Shown here: positions 29,234-41,944 of the stretch, piece by piece
Position numbering within the stretch: position 1 is the stretch's first letter
Layout of the letters: each line of letters begins with the position of its first letter
Program-made: the position numbers and the translations under genes
The notes under the pieces: generated by a model
What the model saw: the letters and a program-made list of their open reading frames with translations, nothing else
What the model was told of the DNA's origin: nothing
The model's database searches: none
NCBI GenBank assembly: GCA_016195915.1
Contig: JACPYS010000055.1
Span: forward strand, 516 to 64,515
Length of the DNA stretch: 64,000 nt
Reading direction: 5' to 3'
DNA from: Betaproteobacteria bacterium
GTDB taxonomy: Bacteria; Pseudomonadota; Gammaproteobacteria; Burkholderiales; SG8-39

Positions 29234-30268
29234 ATGAGTATAAGGCAAAGCGCCTCCCCGGACGTCCTGCCGGATTTCCGCAATCTCGGGGTCATGGCGC
29301 GTATCCTCGTGGGCGTGAACGCCGCCGCGCTCGCCGCAGCCGCGTACGCGGAATCGGGGTGGCCGCAGATTGTGGAGCGCTTCGTGCGCGACGCGGTAGT
29401 GGTCGAACCCGCGCTGATTTTCAGCGTTTTCCTGCTCTACGTGGCTGCGCCGACGCTGCGGCGGCTGGGCTACCTGGCGGGATGCGCAGCGGTGGCGGCC
29501 GCCGCGCTCGCGCTTGCGACGGCAACTGCGTACATCGCCGGCCGACTCAACCCGCTTGCCGTAGCGACCGACGTGGCGAAGTTGTGGCTGTTCACTCTGT
29601 CGGCGACCGCGGTCCTGCTCGAATATTTGAGATTGCGGACACGGGCGTTTTCCCCCGCCCTGGTAGAGGCGAGACTGCAGGCGCTGCAGGCCCGCATCCG
29701 CCCGCATTTCCTGTTCAACACATTGAACGCTGTACTTTCGGTGATCCGGCGGGACCCCCAGCGCGCCGAGGCTGCACTCGAGGATCTGGCCGAGCTGTTC
29801 CGCTCGCTGATATCCGACCAGCGCGGGTTCGTGCGTCTCGCCGACGAGATCGCATTGCTCGAACGCTACGCCAACCTCGAGCAGTTGCGTCTGGGCGAGC
29901 GGCTTCGCCTGGTGTGGGAAATCGACGGCGCCCCTCTTGACGCGCTGCTGCCCCCGCTGCTGCTGCAACCGCTGCTGGAGAACGCGGTGTATCACGGCAT
30001 CGAACCGGGAACCGAGCCCGGAGAGGTCGTGGTGAATATGGCGCTGCAGGGCAATCAGGTGCGATTGCGCATGAGCAACCCTTACCACCGGGAGCACCAG
30101 CATCGCGCGGGCAACCGCATGGCACTCGCGAACATACGAGAGCGGCTGATGCTGTTTTTCGACGCCGAGGCCCGGCTCGAGACGCGCGTCGAGGGCGCGC
30201 GCTACGTGGTCGCGATCGAGATGCCGTACCTGACCGAGCGCGCCGATCAGCGAGCCGGTTCTCCGTGA
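29234..30268 (+). CDS. LytS-type sensor histidine kinase (AlgZ/FimS-like)
   Basis: TM region, [27 protein letters not shown]; argH-algZ-algR-hemC synteny. Confidence 0.9.
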   Translation: MSIRQSASPDVLPDFRNLGVMARILVGVNAAALAAAAYAESGWPQIVERFVRDAVVVEPALIFSVFLLYVAAPTLRRLGYLAGCAAVAAAALALATATAYIAGRLNPLAVATDVAKLWLFTLSATAVLLEYLRLRTRAFSPALVEARLQALQARIRPHFLFNTLNAVLSVIRRDPQRAEAALEDLAELFRSLISDQRGFVRLADEIALLERYANLEQLRLGERLRLVWEIDGAPLDALLPPLLLQPLLENAVYHGIEPGTEPGEVVVNMALQGNQVRLRMSNPYHREHQHRAGNRMALANIRERLMLFFDAEARLETRVEGARYVVAIEMPYLTERADQRAGSP

Positions 30269-31026
30269 CGCCGGCGCTGCGGGTGTTCATTGCGGACGAC
30301 GAGCCGCTGGCGCGCTCGCGCATGCGCGAATTGATCGCGGATCTGGGCGACCGGATTCCCTGCGAGATCGTGGGGGAGGCGCAAAACGGTTTCGAAGCGC
30401 TCGAGCGGCTGCCCGGGAGCGGCGCCCAGGTGCTGCTGCTCGACGTCCACATGCCGGGCATGGGCGGGCTGGAACTCGCGCGGCATTTGTGCTCGATCGA
30501 CGGCGCGCCGGCGGTCGTTTTCGTCACCGCGCACGACAGGCATGCCGTCGAGGCGTTCGAACTCAATGCGCTCGATTATCTCCTCAAACCGGTGCGCGCC
30601 TCGCGTCTGGCTTCCGCATTGACCAAGGCGCGTGCCGCCGGGGCTCCGGCGCGCGAGGCCATCGCCCGGGCGGCGCAAACCGCGCGTGAGCACATTTCGG
30701 TGGTCGAGCGCAGCCGCATCCAGCTGGTCCCGGTGCGCGAGGTCGTGTATTTCAAGGCGGAACTCAAATACGTGACCATGCGTACGCGGGAACGCGAGTA
30801 CCTGATCGAGGAATCGCTGGTGTCGCTCGAGGGCGAGTTTGCCGATCTATTCCTCCGTGTGCATCGCAATTGCCTTGTGGCGCGCGATGTGATCAGCGGT
30901 TTCGAGCGCTCGAGCGGCAGCGCGGAGGAACCGCATTGGCAGGTGGTGATGAGCGGCGTCGACGAGCGACTGCCGGTCAGCAGGCGCCAGTGGCAGGCGG
31001 TACGCGACATCGTTGCCCGGCGGTAG
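30265..31026 (+). CDS. LytTR response regulator (AlgR-like)
   Basis: [37 protein letters not shown]. Confidence 0.92.
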   Translation: MTPALRVFIADDEPLARSRMRELIADLGDRIPCEIVGEAQNGFEALERLPGSGAQVLLLDVHMPGMGGLELARHLCSIDGAPAVVFVTAHDRHAVEAFELNALDYLLKPVRASRLASALTKARAAGAPAREAIARAAQTAREHISVVERSRIQLVPVREVVYFKAELKYVTMRTREREYLIEESLVSLEGEFADLFLRVHRNCLVARDVISGFERSSGSAEEPHWQVVMSGVDERLPVSRRQWQAVRDIVARR

Positions 31027-31034
31027 CCCTCTGC

Positions 31035-31508
31035 TTACGGTCGTCGCAGTTTTTCGGTCGCCTGCTCCAGGCGGCGCTCGAGCAAACCCTGGTACAGGTC
31101 CGGGACGGTGAGACCGATCAGCGGCTCAGCCAGCGCGTTTCCGTTTGCGCCCGCGAACATCAGCGTCGGCACCCATTTCACCCGGTTCGCTGCGGCGAAA
31201 GCCGAATGCGTGGTGCGTGTTCCGGAGAACGATTCGAGCGGCGCGTCGCTGCGGATGTCGACCTCGACCAGCTTGAGCCGCGCGCCCGCGGTCGGATCGG
31301 CAGTGAGCGGCACCAGATGATCCCGCCGCGCCCGCTCGCAGTACGGGCAGTGCTGCTCGCTGAAAAAGATCACCAGCGGAACGCCCGCATCCTGCGCAGC
31401 GTGCGCCTCGGCGCGGAGATCGGCGGCGCGCGTGATCGCCTGCGCCGAGGCAGGAACGGCAAGTGCGCATGCTAAAATTGCCAGCAGCAGCTTCGCGAGA
31501 TGCCGCAT
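31035..31508 (-). CDS. exported thioredoxin-fold protein (SoxW-like)
   Basis: Signal peptide, CPYC, VPTLMF. Confidence 0.75.
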   Translation of the reverse strand: MRHLAKLLLAILACALAVPASAQAITRAADLRAEAHAAQDAGVPLVIFFSEQHCPYCERARRDHLVPLTADPTAGARLKLVEVDIRSDAPLESFSGTRTTHSAFAAANRVKWVPTLMFAGANGNALAEPLIGLTVPDLYQGLLERRLEQATEKLRRP

Positions 31509-31538
31509 GCAGTGCCTTCCTCCGGATTCACCCAACCG

Positions 31539-32489
31539 ATGATTCCCCCTGTTACGCAGGGCGCCCGCCTGGAGCGCCTGATGATCGCGACGCGTAAGAG
31601 CCGTCTCGCGTTGTGGCAGGCCGAGCACGTGCGCTCGCGGCTGGAGAAATTATATCCGCATTGCCGCGTCGAGCTGCTCCCGTTGTCGACGCGCGGCGAC
31701 GAGTTGCTCGAGGCGACGCTTGCCAGCGCCGGGGGCAAGGGACTGTTCGTCAAGGAACTCGAGGCGGCCATCGCCGATGGCCGGGCCGACATCGCGGTTC
31801 ACTCGATGAAGGATGTCCCGGTCGAACTGCCGCCGGGTTTCGTACTGGCCGCGATTACCGAACGCGAGGACCCGCGCGACGCGTTTGTCTCGAACACTTA
31901 CGCCTGTTTTGCCGATCTGCCTGCGGGCGCGGTGGTCGGTACCTCGAGCCTGAGGCGGGCGGCGCAGATCGCCGAACGTCACGCGAAGCTCGAGTTGCGT
32001 CCGCTGCGGGGCAATGTCGATACCCGCCTTGCGAAGCTGGACCGGGGCGAGTATGCGGCGATTGTCCTGGCCGCTGCGGGACTGCGACGGCTCGGCCTGG
32101 CTTCGCGCATCCGCGCTCTGCTGGAGGCCGAGGAAAGCCTGCCGTCCGCCGGGCAGGGCGCCCTCGGAATCGAATGCCGCGCCGACCGGCTCGAACTGCG
32201 CGCGGCGCTTGCGACGCTCGCGCATGCGGCCACCGCCGATTGCGTGCGCGCCGAACGCGCGGTGAACCGCGTCCTGGGTGGAAACTGCGCGATTCCGCTT
32301 GGCGCTTACGCCACGGAGGATCAGGGAATGTTGCGCCTGCGCGCGCTCGTGGCCGCGCCCGACGGGAGCCGCGCCGCACGCGCAGAAGTAACCGGTCCGG
32401 CCGATCAAGCCGATGCGCTGGGGGCAGAGGTGGCGCGGCGTCTGCGCGAGCGCGGAGCGATCGAGATCCTCGCCGCGCTGCCGGTCTGA
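31539..32489 (+). CDS. hemC: hydroxymethylbilane synthase
   Basis: [39 protein letters not shown]. Confidence 0.97.
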   Translation: MIPPVTQGARLERLMIATRKSRLALWQAEHVRSRLEKLYPHCRVELLPLSTRGDELLEATLASAGGKGLFVKELEAAIADGRADIAVHSMKDVPVELPPGFVLAAITEREDPRDAFVSNTYACFADLPAGAVVGTSSLRRAAQIAERHAKLELRPLRGNVDTRLAKLDRGEYAAIVLAAAGLRRLGLASRIRALLEAEESLPSAGQGALGIECRADRLELRAALATLAHAATADCVRAERAVNRVLGGNCAIPLGAYATEDQGMLRLRALVAAPDGSRAARAEVTGPADQADALGAEVARRLRERGAIEILAALPV

Positions 32490-32495
32490 TCGCCA

Positions 32496-33281
32496 GTGAA
32501 GCACGCCGGAGCGCTCGCCGGCAAGGGGATCGTCGTGACACGGCCCCGCGCGCAGGCGACTGGACTCGCCACCGCGATTGAACGAGAAGGCGGAACGGCC
32601 TTGGTCTATCCAGCCGTTGAAATTTGCGACATCGATGACCTGCGGCCGCTACATGCGATCATCGACCGCCTGAACGCCTTCGATCTGGCCGTGTTCGTCA
32701 GCCCCAACGCGGTGAGAATGGCGCTCAAGCTCGTGCTCGCAAGACGCGCCACGGGCTGGCCACGACACTTGCGCGTCGCCGCGATCGGGCCAGGCAGCCG
32801 CCGCGAACTCGAACAGCAGGGTGTTTCCGGAGTCATCGCGCCTCACGGGCGCGCGGACAGCGAGTCGCTGCTCGCCGTGCTGGAGGGCGAAGCGCAATCC
32901 ATTGCACGGCTGGTCATTTTCAGAGGCGAGGGAGGGCGCGAGATGCTCGCTGAAGCGTTGCTCGCGCGCGGCATGCAGGTCGAGTATGCCGAGTGCTACC
33001 GCCGCGTCCGTCCGCAACTCGATGCGGCGCCGCTGCTGGCCGCATGGGCGCGGGGCGAGGTCCATGCAGTTAGCGTATCGAGCGCAGAGGGTCTGGGCAA
33101 CTTTTTCGCCCTGATCGGCAGCGCCGGACAGGCCTGGTTGAGGCGCACGCCGCTGTTCGTGCCGCACGCGCGGGTCGCGGGCGAGGCTGCACAGCTGGGG
33201 GCCGGCACGGTGCGGGTTTCCGGCCCAGGCGACGCCGAAGTCCTCGCGGCTCTGGTTGCCTATTTTCGGGACGCGCAGTAA
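32496..33281 (+). CDS. hemD: uroporphyrinogen-III synthase
   Basis: VVTRP, FVSPNAV, DSESLL, GGRE, ECYRR. Confidence 0.93.
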   Translation: MKHAGALAGKGIVVTRPRAQATGLATAIEREGGTALVYPAVEICDIDDLRPLHAIIDRLNAFDLAVFVSPNAVRMALKLVLARRATGWPRHLRVAAIGPGSRRELEQQGVSGVIAPHGRADSESLLAVLEGEAQSIARLVIFRGEGGREMLAEALLARGMQVEYAECYRRVRPQLDAAPLLAAWARGEVHAVSVSSAEGLGNFFALIGSAGQAWLRRTPLFVPHARVAGEAAQLGAGTVRVSGPGDAEVLAALVAYFRDAQ

Positions 33282-33291
33282 AACAGCAGCC

Positions 33292-34308
33292 ATGGAGGAA
33301 ACGATACAGGCAACGCCCCGGCAGCAGCGCCGATTTGCCGCCGCGCTGGCGGTGGTCGCGGCGTTCGGCGCGCTCGGGTGGGTATGGTACGACGCGCGCG
33401 ATCGCATCGGCGCGACCCAGGAAGAACTCGCGCGGCGGTTGCGCAGCATCGAGACCGAAAGCCGCGAGGCGCGCCTGCTTGCGCGGCAGGCGCAGGAGGC
33501 AGTGCGCGACAGCCAGGCAAAACTCGCAATCCTCGAGAACCGCGTGGGGGAATCGCAAAACCAGATGGTGGCGCTCGAGGCGCTCTATCAGGAGCTGACG
33601 CGAAGCCGCGATGAGTGGGCGCTGGCCGAAGTCGAGCAGGTGCTTACGCTGGCTGCGCAGCAATTGCAGCTGTCCGGAAACGTGCGCGGCACGCTGCTGG
33701 CGCTACAGTTGGTCGAAACCCGGCTTGGACGGTCCGACCGGCCGCAGTTCATACCGCTGCGCAAGGCGCTGGCGCGCGACATCGAGCGCCTCCGCGCGCT
33801 TCCTGCGCTCGACGTATCCGGCATCAGTCTCAGGCTCGACGGGGTGATTGCGTCCGTGGACAGCCTGCCTCTCGCATTCGACGAGCGCGCGCCGGCGGAC
33901 GCCGCGCGTGACGGCGCGCGGATCGAAGATGGCGGCACCCTCGCGCGCCTGGGTGCCGAGCTGTGGGGCGAGCTGAAGAGCCTGGTTCGAATTCGAACCA
34001 TGGACGCGCCGGAGCCGCCGTTGCTCGCGCCGGCGCACGCGTATTTCCTGCGCGAAAACCTGAAGCTGCGGCTGCTCAACGCACGCCTTTCCATGCTGGC
34101 GCGGGACCAGGCCGGATATCGCGAAGATCTTCGCATCGCGCAGGCATGGATTACCCGCTACTTCGACGCACGCGCCAAGCCAAACGCGAACGCGCAGGCG
34201 CAGCTCAAGCAGCTCGCGCAGGCAGTGGTGAGCATCGAGCTGCCCGTGCTCGCCGAAAGTCTCGAGGCGGTGCGCGCGTTCAACATGCGCCGCGAGCGGG
34301 GCAACTGA
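33292..34308 (+). CDS. hemX: HemX family protein
   Basis: TM plus coiled coil, W.LAEVE..L.LA.QQL, FLRENLKLRLLNAR. Confidence 0.88.
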   Translation: MEETIQATPRQQRRFAAALAVVAAFGALGWVWYDARDRIGATQEELARRLRSIETESREARLLARQAQEAVRDSQAKLAILENRVGESQNQMVALEALYQELTRSRDEWALAEVEQVLTLAAQQLQLSGNVRGTLLALQLVETRLGRSDRPQFIPLRKALARDIERLRALPALDVSGISLRLDGVIASVDSLPLAFDERAPADAARDGARIEDGGTLARLGAELWGELKSLVRIRTMDAPEPPLLAPAHAYFLRENLKLRLLNARLSMLARDQAGYREDLRIAQAWITRYFDARAKPNANAQAQLKQLAQAVVSIELPVLAESLEAVRAFNMRRERGN

Positions 34309-34334
34309 GTGCGAATGCGGCCGCGGCGCGACGC

Positions 34335-35507
34335 ATGAAGGGGCTATTCTGGCTGCTTGCCGTTTTTGCAGCGGCGGTTGCGCTCGCGGTCGTCGGCCGG
34401 ACGCAGGAAGGCTACGTGCTGTTCGTGTATCCGCCGTACCGCGTCGAGCTGTCACTGGTGTTGTTCGCGATCCTTCTGGCCGCGGGGTTCTTCGCGGCCT
34501 ACCTTTCTTTGCGCCTGTTGGTGCACACGCTGCGATTGCCGGAATACGTGCGCGCCTACCGTCTGCGCCGTCGCCGCGAAGGCGCGCTGGATGCGATGAG
34601 TTCGGCCGCCCTGGCCTACATGGAAGGCCGTTACGCACGCGCGGAAAAACAGGCCGAAGCGGCATTTGCCGCCGGCCATTGGCCCGGACTCTCGGCGCTG
34701 CTCGCGGCACGCTCGGCGCATCAGCTGCGCGTTCGGGAACGGCGTGATGCGTGGCTCGCGCGCGCGGCGTCCTCCGGCGACGCGGTTGAGACGGCGCGGC
34801 TGGTGACCCAGGCCGAGATGTTGCTCGAGGAGCATGATTACCCCGGCGCGCGGGAAGCGCTGCAGCGGCTGCATCTGTCAGGTCCCAAACATATCGCATC
34901 GCTTCGCCTGCTGCTGCGCGCGGAGCACGGCGCCCGCAACTGGGACGAGGTGCTTCGGCTCGCCGCGCACCTGGCACGACGCGGCGCGATTCCCCCGGCG
35001 CTCGCCGAGGAGTACAAGGCGCAGGCGATACTGGAACTCCTCGCGCGCTCCGCTGGCGATGCGCGCTCGCTCGGCGAGAGCTGGAGGCGACTTGCCGCGG
35101 CCGACCAGTTCAATCCCCGCGTGGCGGCCGCCGCGGCCCGCCATGCGCGCGAGCTCGACGCGGGTGCGTTTGCACGCGAGATCATCGAGAAGGCGCTGGC
35201 GCAGGAATGGGACGCTCGCCTGGTCGAACTTTACGGCGACGCACCGGCAGCGGAGGCGATGGCACGCATCGAGCGCGCCGAGCGCTGGCTGCGCGAGCAT
35301 GCCGACGATGCGGGGCTGCTGCGCACCCTGGGCCGGTTGTGCATGCGCGCAGAACTTTGGGGCAAGGCGCAGAACTACCTGGAAACGAGCCTGTCGTTCG
35401 AAGCAGGCCGCGCGACGCACCTCGAACTCGCGCAACTGCTCGAGCGACTCGGCCGCAGCGCCGAGGCGGCGAAACATTTTCGCCTCGCCGCGGAGTCGGT
35501 TTCCTAA
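34335..35507 (+). CDS. hemY: HemY family TPR membrane protein
   Basis: [26 protein letters not shown]...LWGKA. Confidence 0.88.
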   Translation: MKGLFWLLAVFAAAVALAVVGRTQEGYVLFVYPPYRVELSLVLFAILLAAGFFAAYLSLRLLVHTLRLPEYVRAYRLRRRREGALDAMSSAALAYMEGRYARAEKQAEAAFAAGHWPGLSALLAARSAHQLRVRERRDAWLARAASSGDAVETARLVTQAEMLLEEHDYPGAREALQRLHLSGPKHIASLRLLLRAEHGARNWDEVLRLAAHLARRGAIPPALAEEYKAQAILELLARSAGDARSLGESWRRLAAADQFNPRVAAAAARHARELDAGAFAREIIEKALAQEWDARLVELYGDAPAAEAMARIERAERWLREHADDAGLLRTLGRLCMRAELWGKAQNYLETSLSFEAGRATHLELAQLLERLGRSAEAAKHFRLAAESVS

Positions 35508-36400
35508 GTCCAGTCCCGCGGCTTCAGGAAGTAGGTGGTGAGCCTGTCCTCCGGCGTGCCCGGTTCGGGCTTCCAGTCGTATTGCCAGCGTACCACCGGG
35601 GGAAGCGACATCAGGATCGACTCGGTGCGCCCGCCGGATTGAAGCCCGAACAGCGTGCCGCGGTCCCACACCAGGTTGAACTCGACATAACGTCCGCGCC
35701 TGAAGGCTTGGAACCTGCGTTCGCGTTCGCCGTATGGAGTCGTCTGGCACCGCTCGACGATCGGAACGTATGCAGCGAGGAAATGTTCCCCGACGCTGCG
35801 CGTCATCGCGAAGCTGAACTCGAAATCGCGTTCCGCGAAATCGTCGAAGAAGATTCCGCCGATGCCGCGCGGCTCATTCCTGTGGCGCAGGAAGAAATAT
35901 TCATCGCACCATTTCTTGAGGCGCGCGTGCAGGCCGTCGCCGAACGGCTCCAGCGCCCGCTTGCAGGTGCGGTGGAAGTGACGGGCGTCGTCCTCGAATG
36001 CGTAATACGGCGTGAGGTCCATCCCGCCGCCGAACCACCACACGGGCGGCTCGCCGTCGCGATGCGCGACGAGCAGACGCACGTTCATGTGCACCGTGGG
36101 TACGTAGGGGTTGCGTGGGTGCAGCACGAGCGACACGCCCATCGCGTCGTAGCTGCGCCCGGCAAGTTGCGGCCGCGCGGCGCTGGCCGAAGGCGGCAAG
36201 CGCTCGCCGCGCACGCGGGAAAAATTCACGCCGCCGCGCTCGAACAGGCTGCCTTCTTCGATCAGTCGCGTCAGCCCGCCGCCGGCCTCGGGGCGCTGCC
36301 AGGCGTCGGCGCGAAACGGCCGGCCGTCGAGCGCTTCGAGCGCGGTGACGATGCGGTCCTGCAGATCGGTAAACCAGGCGTGTGCGGCGTCGAGGTCCAT
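35504..36400 (-). CDS. hemF: oxygen-dependent coproporphyrinogen III oxidase
   Basis: [35 protein letters not shown]. Confidence 0.97.
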   Translation of the reverse strand: MDLDAAHAWFTDLQDRIVTALEALDGRPFRADAWQRPEAGGGLTRLIEEGSLFERGGVNFSRVRGERLPPSASAARPQLAGRSYDAMGVSLVLHPRNPYVPTVHMNVRLLVAHRDGEPPVWWFGGGMDLTPYYAFEDDARHFHRTCKRALEPFGDGLHARLKKWCDEYFFLRHRNEPRGIGGIFFDDFAERDFEFSFAMTRSVGEHFLAAYVPIVERCQTTPYGERERRFQAFRRGRYVEFNLVWDRGTLFGLQSGGRTESILMSLPPVVRWQYDWKPEPGTPEDRLTTYFLKPRDWT

Positions 36401-36407
36401 GGAGGGT

Positions 36408-37703
36408 TCAGTTCCCGGCAGAGGTGCGCGATCCGCCGTCGCGCAATGCGCGAAACCCGATGTCCCGGCGGCATTGCATGCCTTCAAAACGTATGGCATC
36501 CACCGTCTCGTAGGCGCGTTTCTGCGCGATGCGCAGATTGTCGCCGAGCGCGGTGACGCACAGCACCCGGCCGCCGCTGGTCACCAGGTTGTTTCCGTCG
36601 AGCCGCGTGCCTGCGTGGAATACGCGGCATGCCGCGGCGGGAGCGGGTATTCCGTGGACGCGATCGCCCTTGCGCGGCGCGTCCGGGTAGCCGTGCGCGG
36701 CGAGCACGACGCCGAGCGCGCAGCGCCGGTCCCACTCGGCTTCGGCCTGATCGAGGGTGCCTGCGAGCGCATGATCGATGAGTTCGAGCAGGTCAGACTT
36801 GAGGCGCAGGATGATCGGTTGCGTTTCCGGATCGCCCAGGCGGCAGTTGAACTCGAGCGTCTTCGGATTGCCGGCCGTGTCTATCATGACGCCGGCATAG
36901 AGGAACCCGACATAGGGCGTGCCGTCCTTCGCCATTCCGGCAAGCGTCGGCAAGACGATTTCGCGCATGATGCGCGCGTGAATCTCCGGCGTGACCACTG
37001 GCGCGGGGGAGTAGGCGCCCATGCCCCCGGTATTGGGGCCGGCGTCGCCGTCGCGCAGCCGCTTGTGGTCCTGGCTGGTCGCAAGCGCGAGCACGTGCGC
37101 GCCGTCGCACATCACGATGAAGCTCGCCTCTTCGCCCTCCAGGCACTCCTCGATCACGACCCGCGCACCCGCCCCGCCGAGCCGGCGCTCGCCGAGCATC
37201 GCCTCGATCGCGCGTTCCGCCTCCGCGACACTCGCTGCCACCACGACGCCCTTGCCGGCAGCGAGTCCATCGGCTTTCACCACGATCGGAGCGCCATTGG
37301 CGCGCACGTAGGCCCTGGCGGCGTTCAATTCGCCGAATGTCGCATGACGGGCGGTCGGGATCCCGTGGCGTACCATGAACTGCTTGGCGAAATCCTTCGA
37401 TGCCTCGAGCTGCGCTGCTGCGCGCACGGGGCCGAAAATGCGCAGGCCTTTCTCACGGAACAGATCGACGATGCCGGCCGCAAGCGGCGCCTCGGGACCC
37501 ACTACCGTGAGGGCCGCGCCTTCGCGCGCGGCAAAAGCCGCGAGTTCGCCCGGGTCGGTGATCGCGACGTTGACGAGCCCGGACTCGGTTGCCGTTCCCC
37601 CGTTGCCGGGAGCAACGTAGACCATCTGCACCCGCGGACTCGCCGCCAGCTTCCACGCGAGCGCGTGCTCGCGCCCCCCCGATCCGATCACCAGCAGCTT
37701 CAT
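36408..37703 (-). CDS. purD: phosphoribosylamine-glycine ligase
   Basis: [40 protein letters not shown]. Confidence 0.97.
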   Translation of the reverse strand: MKLLVIGSGGREHALAWKLAASPRVQMVYVAPGNGGTATESGLVNVAITDPGELAAFAAREGAALTVVGPEAPLAAGIVDLFREKGLRIFGPVRAAAQLEASKDFAKQFMVRHGIPTARHATFGELNAARAYVRANGAPIVVKADGLAAGKGVVVAASVAEAERAIEAMLGERRLGGAGARVVIEECLEGEEASFIVMCDGAHVLALATSQDHKRLRDGDAGPNTGGMGAYSPAPVVTPEIHARIMREIVLPTLAGMAKDGTPYVGFLYAGVMIDTAGNPKTLEFNCRLGDPETQPIILRLKSDLLELIDHALAGTLDQAEAEWDRRCALGVVLAAHGYPDAPRKGDRVHGIPAPAAACRVFHAGTRLDGNNLVTSGGRVLCVTALGDNLRIAQKRAYETVDAIRFEGMQCRRDIGFRALRDGGSRTSAGN

Positions 37704-37773
37704 CGTTCAGCTTGTCTCGATAGGGTGGCACCGCAATGCAGCGCCTGCGCTGATTTGCGGTGCATCGTGGTTC

Positions 37774-39333
37774 TTAGTGCCTGAAATGACGCACGCCGGT
37801 AAATACCATCGTGATGCCGCGCTCATCGGCTGCGGCGATCACTTCGTCGTCGCGCATGCTGCCGCCTGGCTGGATCACCGCGCCGGCGCCGGCGTCGATG
37901 ACCACGTCGAGGCCGTCGCGAAACGGAAAGAACGCATCGGACGCAGCGCATGATCCCTCGAGGCTGAGCCCGGCATTCTTCGCCTTGATCGCCGCAATGC
38001 GCGCACTGTCGACGCGGCTCATCTGTCCCGCGCCGACACCCACCGTCGCGCCGTCCTTCACGAACACGATGGCGTTCGATTTCACGTACTTTGCCACCCG
38101 CCACGCGAACAGCAAGTCCCTCATCTGCCCCTCGTCAGGCGTCTTCTTGGAAACGGTCCTGAGTTCGCCGGCCGCGACGACGCGGGCGTCGGGTGACTGC
38201 ACCAGCAGCCCGCCGCCGATCCGTTTGAAGTCGTATTCCGCGGATGCGTGCGCGAGCGGCACCTCGAGCACGCGCAGATTGGCCTTGGTCGCGAACGACT
38301 CGCGCGCCTCGGGATCCACGCGCGGCGCGATGATCACCTCGGCGAACTGCTTGCCGATCGCCTCCGCCGCCGCGCGCTCGAGCGCGCGGTTGAACGCAAG
38401 GATGCCGCCGAACGCCGAGGTCGGATCCGTCGCGAAGGCCTTGAGATACGCTTCGAGCAGGCTCGGTGCGACCGCGACGCCACAGGGGTTGGCGTGCTTG
38501 ATGATGACGCAGGCCGGTTCGTCGAAGCTCTTGACGCATTCCCACGCCGCGTCCGCGTCCGCAATATTGTTGTAGGAAAGTTCCTTGCCCTGAAGCTGCC
38601 GGTACCCGGCCAGGCTGCCCTCGGCAGGGCGCGCGTCGCGGTAGAACGCCGCCGACTGGTGCGGATTTTCCCCGTAACGCATGTCGGTGAGTTTCACGAA
38701 CTGCAGATTGAGCACGTCCGGAAACGCACGTCGCCTGCCGCCGGCGTCGAGCGAGTACAGATAGTTGGCGATCGCGCCGTCGTAGGCAGCGGTGTGGGCG
38801 AAAACCTTCCGGGCGAGCGCGAAGCGCGTTGCCTCGTCGACAGTGCCGCCTGCCCGGATCTCCTGGAGCACCTGCGCGTAATCCGCCGGGTCGACCAGCA
38901 CCGCAACGCCGCCGTGGTTCTTCGCCGCCGCGCGCAGCATCGCCGGGCCGCCGATGTCGATGTTCTCGATCGCGTCTTCGAAGCGGCAGTCGGGATCGGC
39001 AACCGCTGCCTGGAACGGATATAGGTTTACCACAATCAGGTCGATCGGCGTAATGCCGGCGGCTTCGATCGAGCGCATGTGCTCGGGCGTGTCGCGACGG
39101 GCCAGTATGCCGCCGTGGATCTTCGGGTGCAGCGTCTTCACCCGGCCGTCGAGCATCTCCGGGAATCCGGTGTGGGCGGATACCTCGGTAACGGCAACGC
39201 CGGATTTTTCCAGTGCTCGCGCGGTGCCACCGGTGGAAAGTATCTTCACGCCGAGCGCAGCGAGTCCGCGCGCGAACTCGACGCACCCGGTCTTGTCGGA
39301 AACGCTGATCAGCGCCTGTCGGACGTGATTCAT
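37774..39333 (-). CDS. purH: bifunctional AICAR transformylase/IMP cyclohydrolase
   Basis: [39 protein letters not shown]. Confidence 0.97.
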   Translation of the reverse strand: MNHVRQALISVSDKTGCVEFARGLAALGVKILSTGGTARALEKSGVAVTEVSAHTGFPEMLDGRVKTLHPKIHGGILARRDTPEHMRSIEAAGITPIDLIVVNLYPFQAAVADPDCRFEDAIENIDIGGPAMLRAAAKNHGGVAVLVDPADYAQVLQEIRAGGTVDEATRFALARKVFAHTAAYDGAIANYLYSLDAGGRRRAFPDVLNLQFVKLTDMRYGENPHQSAAFYRDARPAEGSLAGYRQLQGKELSYNNIADADAAWECVKSFDEPACVIIKHANPCGVAVAPSLLEAYLKAFATDPTSAFGGILAFNRALERAAAEAIGKQFAEVIIAPRVDPEARESFATKANLRVLEVPLAHASAEYDFKRIGGGLLVQSPDARVVAAGELRTVSKKTPDEGQMRDLLFAWRVAKYVKSNAIVFVKDGATVGVGAGQMSRVDSARIAAIKAKNAGLSLEGSCAASDAFFPFRDGLDVVIDAGAGAVIQPGGSMRDDEVIAAADERGITMVFTGVRHFRH

Positions 39334-39376
39334 CGCGCTGGCCGGGACGAATGACGCGAATCCATGCTGCCCATCC

Positions 39377-39616
39377 TCAGGCCTTGATGCGCAGCTGCTG
39401 CATCTTCTTGCGCAGCGTGTTTCGATCGATGCCCAGCATCGACGCCGCAAGCGTGAGGTTTCCCTCCGCATGATCCAGCACGGTTTCGATCATGGGCTTC
39501 TCGACGTTTTGCAGCACCATGTCGTAGATCGACGTCGGCTTTTCGCCGTCCATGTCCTTGAAGTAGCGTTCCAGGGAACGCTTGATGGCGATTGAGATTT
39601 CGTTGTTGCGGCTCAT
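39377..39616 (-). CDS. fis: Fis DNA-binding protein
   Basis: [10 protein letters not shown]...GN...AA.MLGI.RNTLRKK; between dusB and purH. Confidence 0.9.
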   Translation of the reverse strand: MSRNNEISIAIKRSLERYFKDMDGEKPTSIYDMVLQNVEKPMIETVLDHAEGNLTLAASMLGIDRNTLRKKMQQLRIKA

Positions 39617-40650
39617 GCTGCGAGCCTCGCGCGCGTTTCGTTGGCCGCCTCGGCCGGCAGGGCAAAGCGCAGGCGTTCGCCGCCCTCGGCGAGGCGTTCA
39701 AAGTACGCGCCCACTTCCGCCACCTGCTTCAAGATGCAATGCGTCGCATTGACTCGCTGCCGCAGCGCCTCTCCGCCGGGCAGTTCGCGCACGTACCAGC
39801 CGATATGTTTTCGCGCGACGCGAACGCCCGCCTCGGCGCCGTAGAAATCGTGCAGTTCGCGCAGGTGTTCGAGCACGACGGCGCGGATCTCGGCCACCCG
39901 CGGCGGCGGCAGCCGGACGCCGGTGGCGAGAAAATGCGAGATCTCGCGGAAAATCCAGGGCCGCCCTTGCGCCGCGCGCCCGACCATCAGGCCGTCGGCA
40001 AGCGTCGATTCAAGCACCGCGCGCGCGCGTTCCGGCGAGTCGATGTCGCCATTGGCAATCACCGGGATGCGCGACGCGGATTTCACTTCGGCGATCGTGT
40101 CGTATTCTGCCTCGCCCGAAAACCCGCATGCCCGCGTGCGGCCGTGGATCGAAAGCATCCGGATACCGGTCGACTCGGCAATGCGCGCGATGCGCAAGGC
40201 GTTGCGGCTGCTAGCGTCGAGACCCGTGCGAATCTTCAGAGTCACAGGCACGTCGACGGAACCCACCACTGCGTCGAGGATGCGCCCGACCAGTGTTTCG
40301 TCCGCCAGCAGCGCGGAGCCGGCCATCAGGTTGCAGACCTTTTTCGCCGGGCAACCCATGTTGATGTCAATGATCTGCGCGCCGCGATCCACGTTGTAGC
40401 GCGCGGCGTCGGCGAGCATGCGCGGATCGGCCCCCGCGATCTGTACCGCAATCGGCTCCGTCTCGCCCTCATGGTCGGTACGCAGTCGCGATTTGCGCGT
40501 CTGGCGCAAATCCGGTTTCGCCGACACCATCTCGGAAACGGCCAAGCCTGCGCCCAGCCGCTTGCACAGCTGGCGGAACGGGCGGTCCGTGACTCCCGCC
40601 ATCGGAGCGACGAACAAAGCATTGCGCAGGCGGTGCGGTCCGATTTGCAT
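39613..40650 (-). CDS. dusB: tRNA dihydrouridine synthase B
   Basis: APMAGVTD, DINMGCPAKKV, HGRTR, ANGDI. Confidence 0.95.
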   Translation of the reverse strand: MQIGPHRLRNALFVAPMAGVTDRPFRQLCKRLGAGLAVSEMVSAKPDLRQTRKSRLRTDHEGETEPIAVQIAGADPRMLADAARYNVDRGAQIIDINMGCPAKKVCNLMAGSALLADETLVGRILDAVVGSVDVPVTLKIRTGLDASSRNALRIARIAESTGIRMLSIHGRTRACGFSGEAEYDTIAEVKSASRIPVIANGDIDSPERARAVLESTLADGLMVGRAAQGRPWIFREISHFLATGVRLPPPRVAEIRAVVLEHLRELHDFYGAEAGVRVARKHIGWYVRELPGGEALRQRVNATHCILKQVAEVGAYFERLAEGGERLRFALPAEAANETRARLAA

Positions 40651-40783
40651 CAGGAGAAACGCGGGCAGGGTTTGGATCGGAAGGACGGGAATTCTATACG
40701 GTTTCGTTGCGAAAAGAATCGCCAGGCGACGGCTTGTATCGATCGCGCAACACAGAGTGCCGTTGCGCGCCGGTGGGTCGAGT

Positions 40784-41944
40784 TCAGGGCAGGGCCGAAG
40801 CGCCGAAGGTCATGCGCCGCGCAAAAAAACGGCGTGCAGGCGAAACCAGATCGAGCGCGGTCATCACCGCGCCACGCGCGGCGGCAGTCAACGGGTTATC
40901 GCCGGTGAACAGCGTGGCGAGCAGATCGGTGATGCGTATCGTCGCGACCATGTCGAGGCGGCGCGCGCGCGCGAAACGCTCGAGCACGGGTGCCGATCCG
41001 GCCGAGCCCGGATCGGCACGGATGCAGCGCGCCAGCTCCCACGCATCGCGCAGGCCGAGGTTGAGTCCCTGGCCGCCGACGGGGTGCAGGGTTTGGGCGG
41101 CGTTACCAATATACGCCTCACGGGGTGCGATACGCGATGCACGGTAGCGCAGCGCGAGCGGAGCGCGACTGAGCGAGCGCAGCGCCGTGAAACGCCCGGC
41201 GCGCGACCCGGCGGCCGATTGCAGATCATGGAGAAACGCTTCGGGCGCGGCGAGCGCAAGCGCTGCAGCGCGGCGTTCCGAGCAGACCCACACCACGGCA
41301 TAGCGTCCCGCCAGAGGCAACAGAGCGAGCGGGCCATCCGCCGTGAAACGCTCGAAAGCGCAATTGCCCGCCGCCGGTTCGCAATCCACGAGCGCAACCA
41401 GAGCCTCCTGGGCGTAGTCGCGGCCGTGTGTCGCATCACGCACGCTGCCCTCCGCGTGTACCACGCACGCAGCCTGAAGGACGCGCGCTTCGCCTTCCCG
41501 CAGGTAGGATAGCTCAGCCCGGTCCGGATTCACTCGAACGGATTGCAGCTGCGCGGAAGTGACGACGGGGATCGCGCGACGATGGACAATCTCCATCAGC
41601 GATTGCGCGAGCTCCCGGTACTCGATCACATAGCCCAGTTCCGGCGTACCCGTGTCGTGCGGATCGATCACGGTGCGGCCGAAGCGCCCCGACTGCGAAA
41701 CCTGAATGCGGCGAATCGGCGTCGGCGCAAGCTCGCTCCACGCGCCCAGCCGTTCGAGTATCAGGCGGCTCGAATACGACAGCGCGATCGGACGCGATCC
41801 GGCGCTCCCCTCGCGCGCCGCCGCGGCGCTGCGCTCGAGCAGCACGATCGATACCGGTGCCGGCGCAAGCGCAAGTGCGAGCGCGGCGCCGACCGGACCG
41901 CCTCCGACGACTGCGATGTCGCAGCGCTCGGGTGCCGGATTCAT
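40784..41944 (-). CDS. ubiH: UbiH-type FAD-dependent hydroxylase
   Basis: VVGGGPVG, ERFT..GPLALLP, GNAAQTLHPVGGQGLNLGLRD; downstream of pepP. Confidence 0.8.
   Translation of the reverse strand: MNPAPERCDIAVVGGGPVGAALALALAPAPVSIVLLERSAAAAREGSAGSRPIALSYSSRLILERLGAWSELAPTPIRRIQVSQSGRFGRTVIDPHDTGTPELGYVIEYRELAQSLMEIVHRRAIPVVTSAQLQSVRVNPDRAELSYLREGEARVLQAACVVHAEGSVRDATHGRDYAQEALVALVDCEPAAGNCAFERFTADGPLALLPLAGRYAVVWVCSERRAAALALAAPEAFLHDLQSAAGSRAGRFTALRSLSRAPLALRYRASRIAPREAYIGNAAQTLHPVGGQGLNLGLRDAWELARCIRADPGSAGSAPVLERFARARRLDMVATIRITDLLATLFTGDNPLTAAARGAVMTALDLVSPARRFFARRMTFGASALP

Noticed and set aside
26427-30103. Long N-terminal extensions on the kinase (to 28550) and on argH (to 30103)
   Set aside because: The extensions overlap argH out of frame or lie antisense to the sensor kinase. 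Motif-supported starts are 27719 and 29137.
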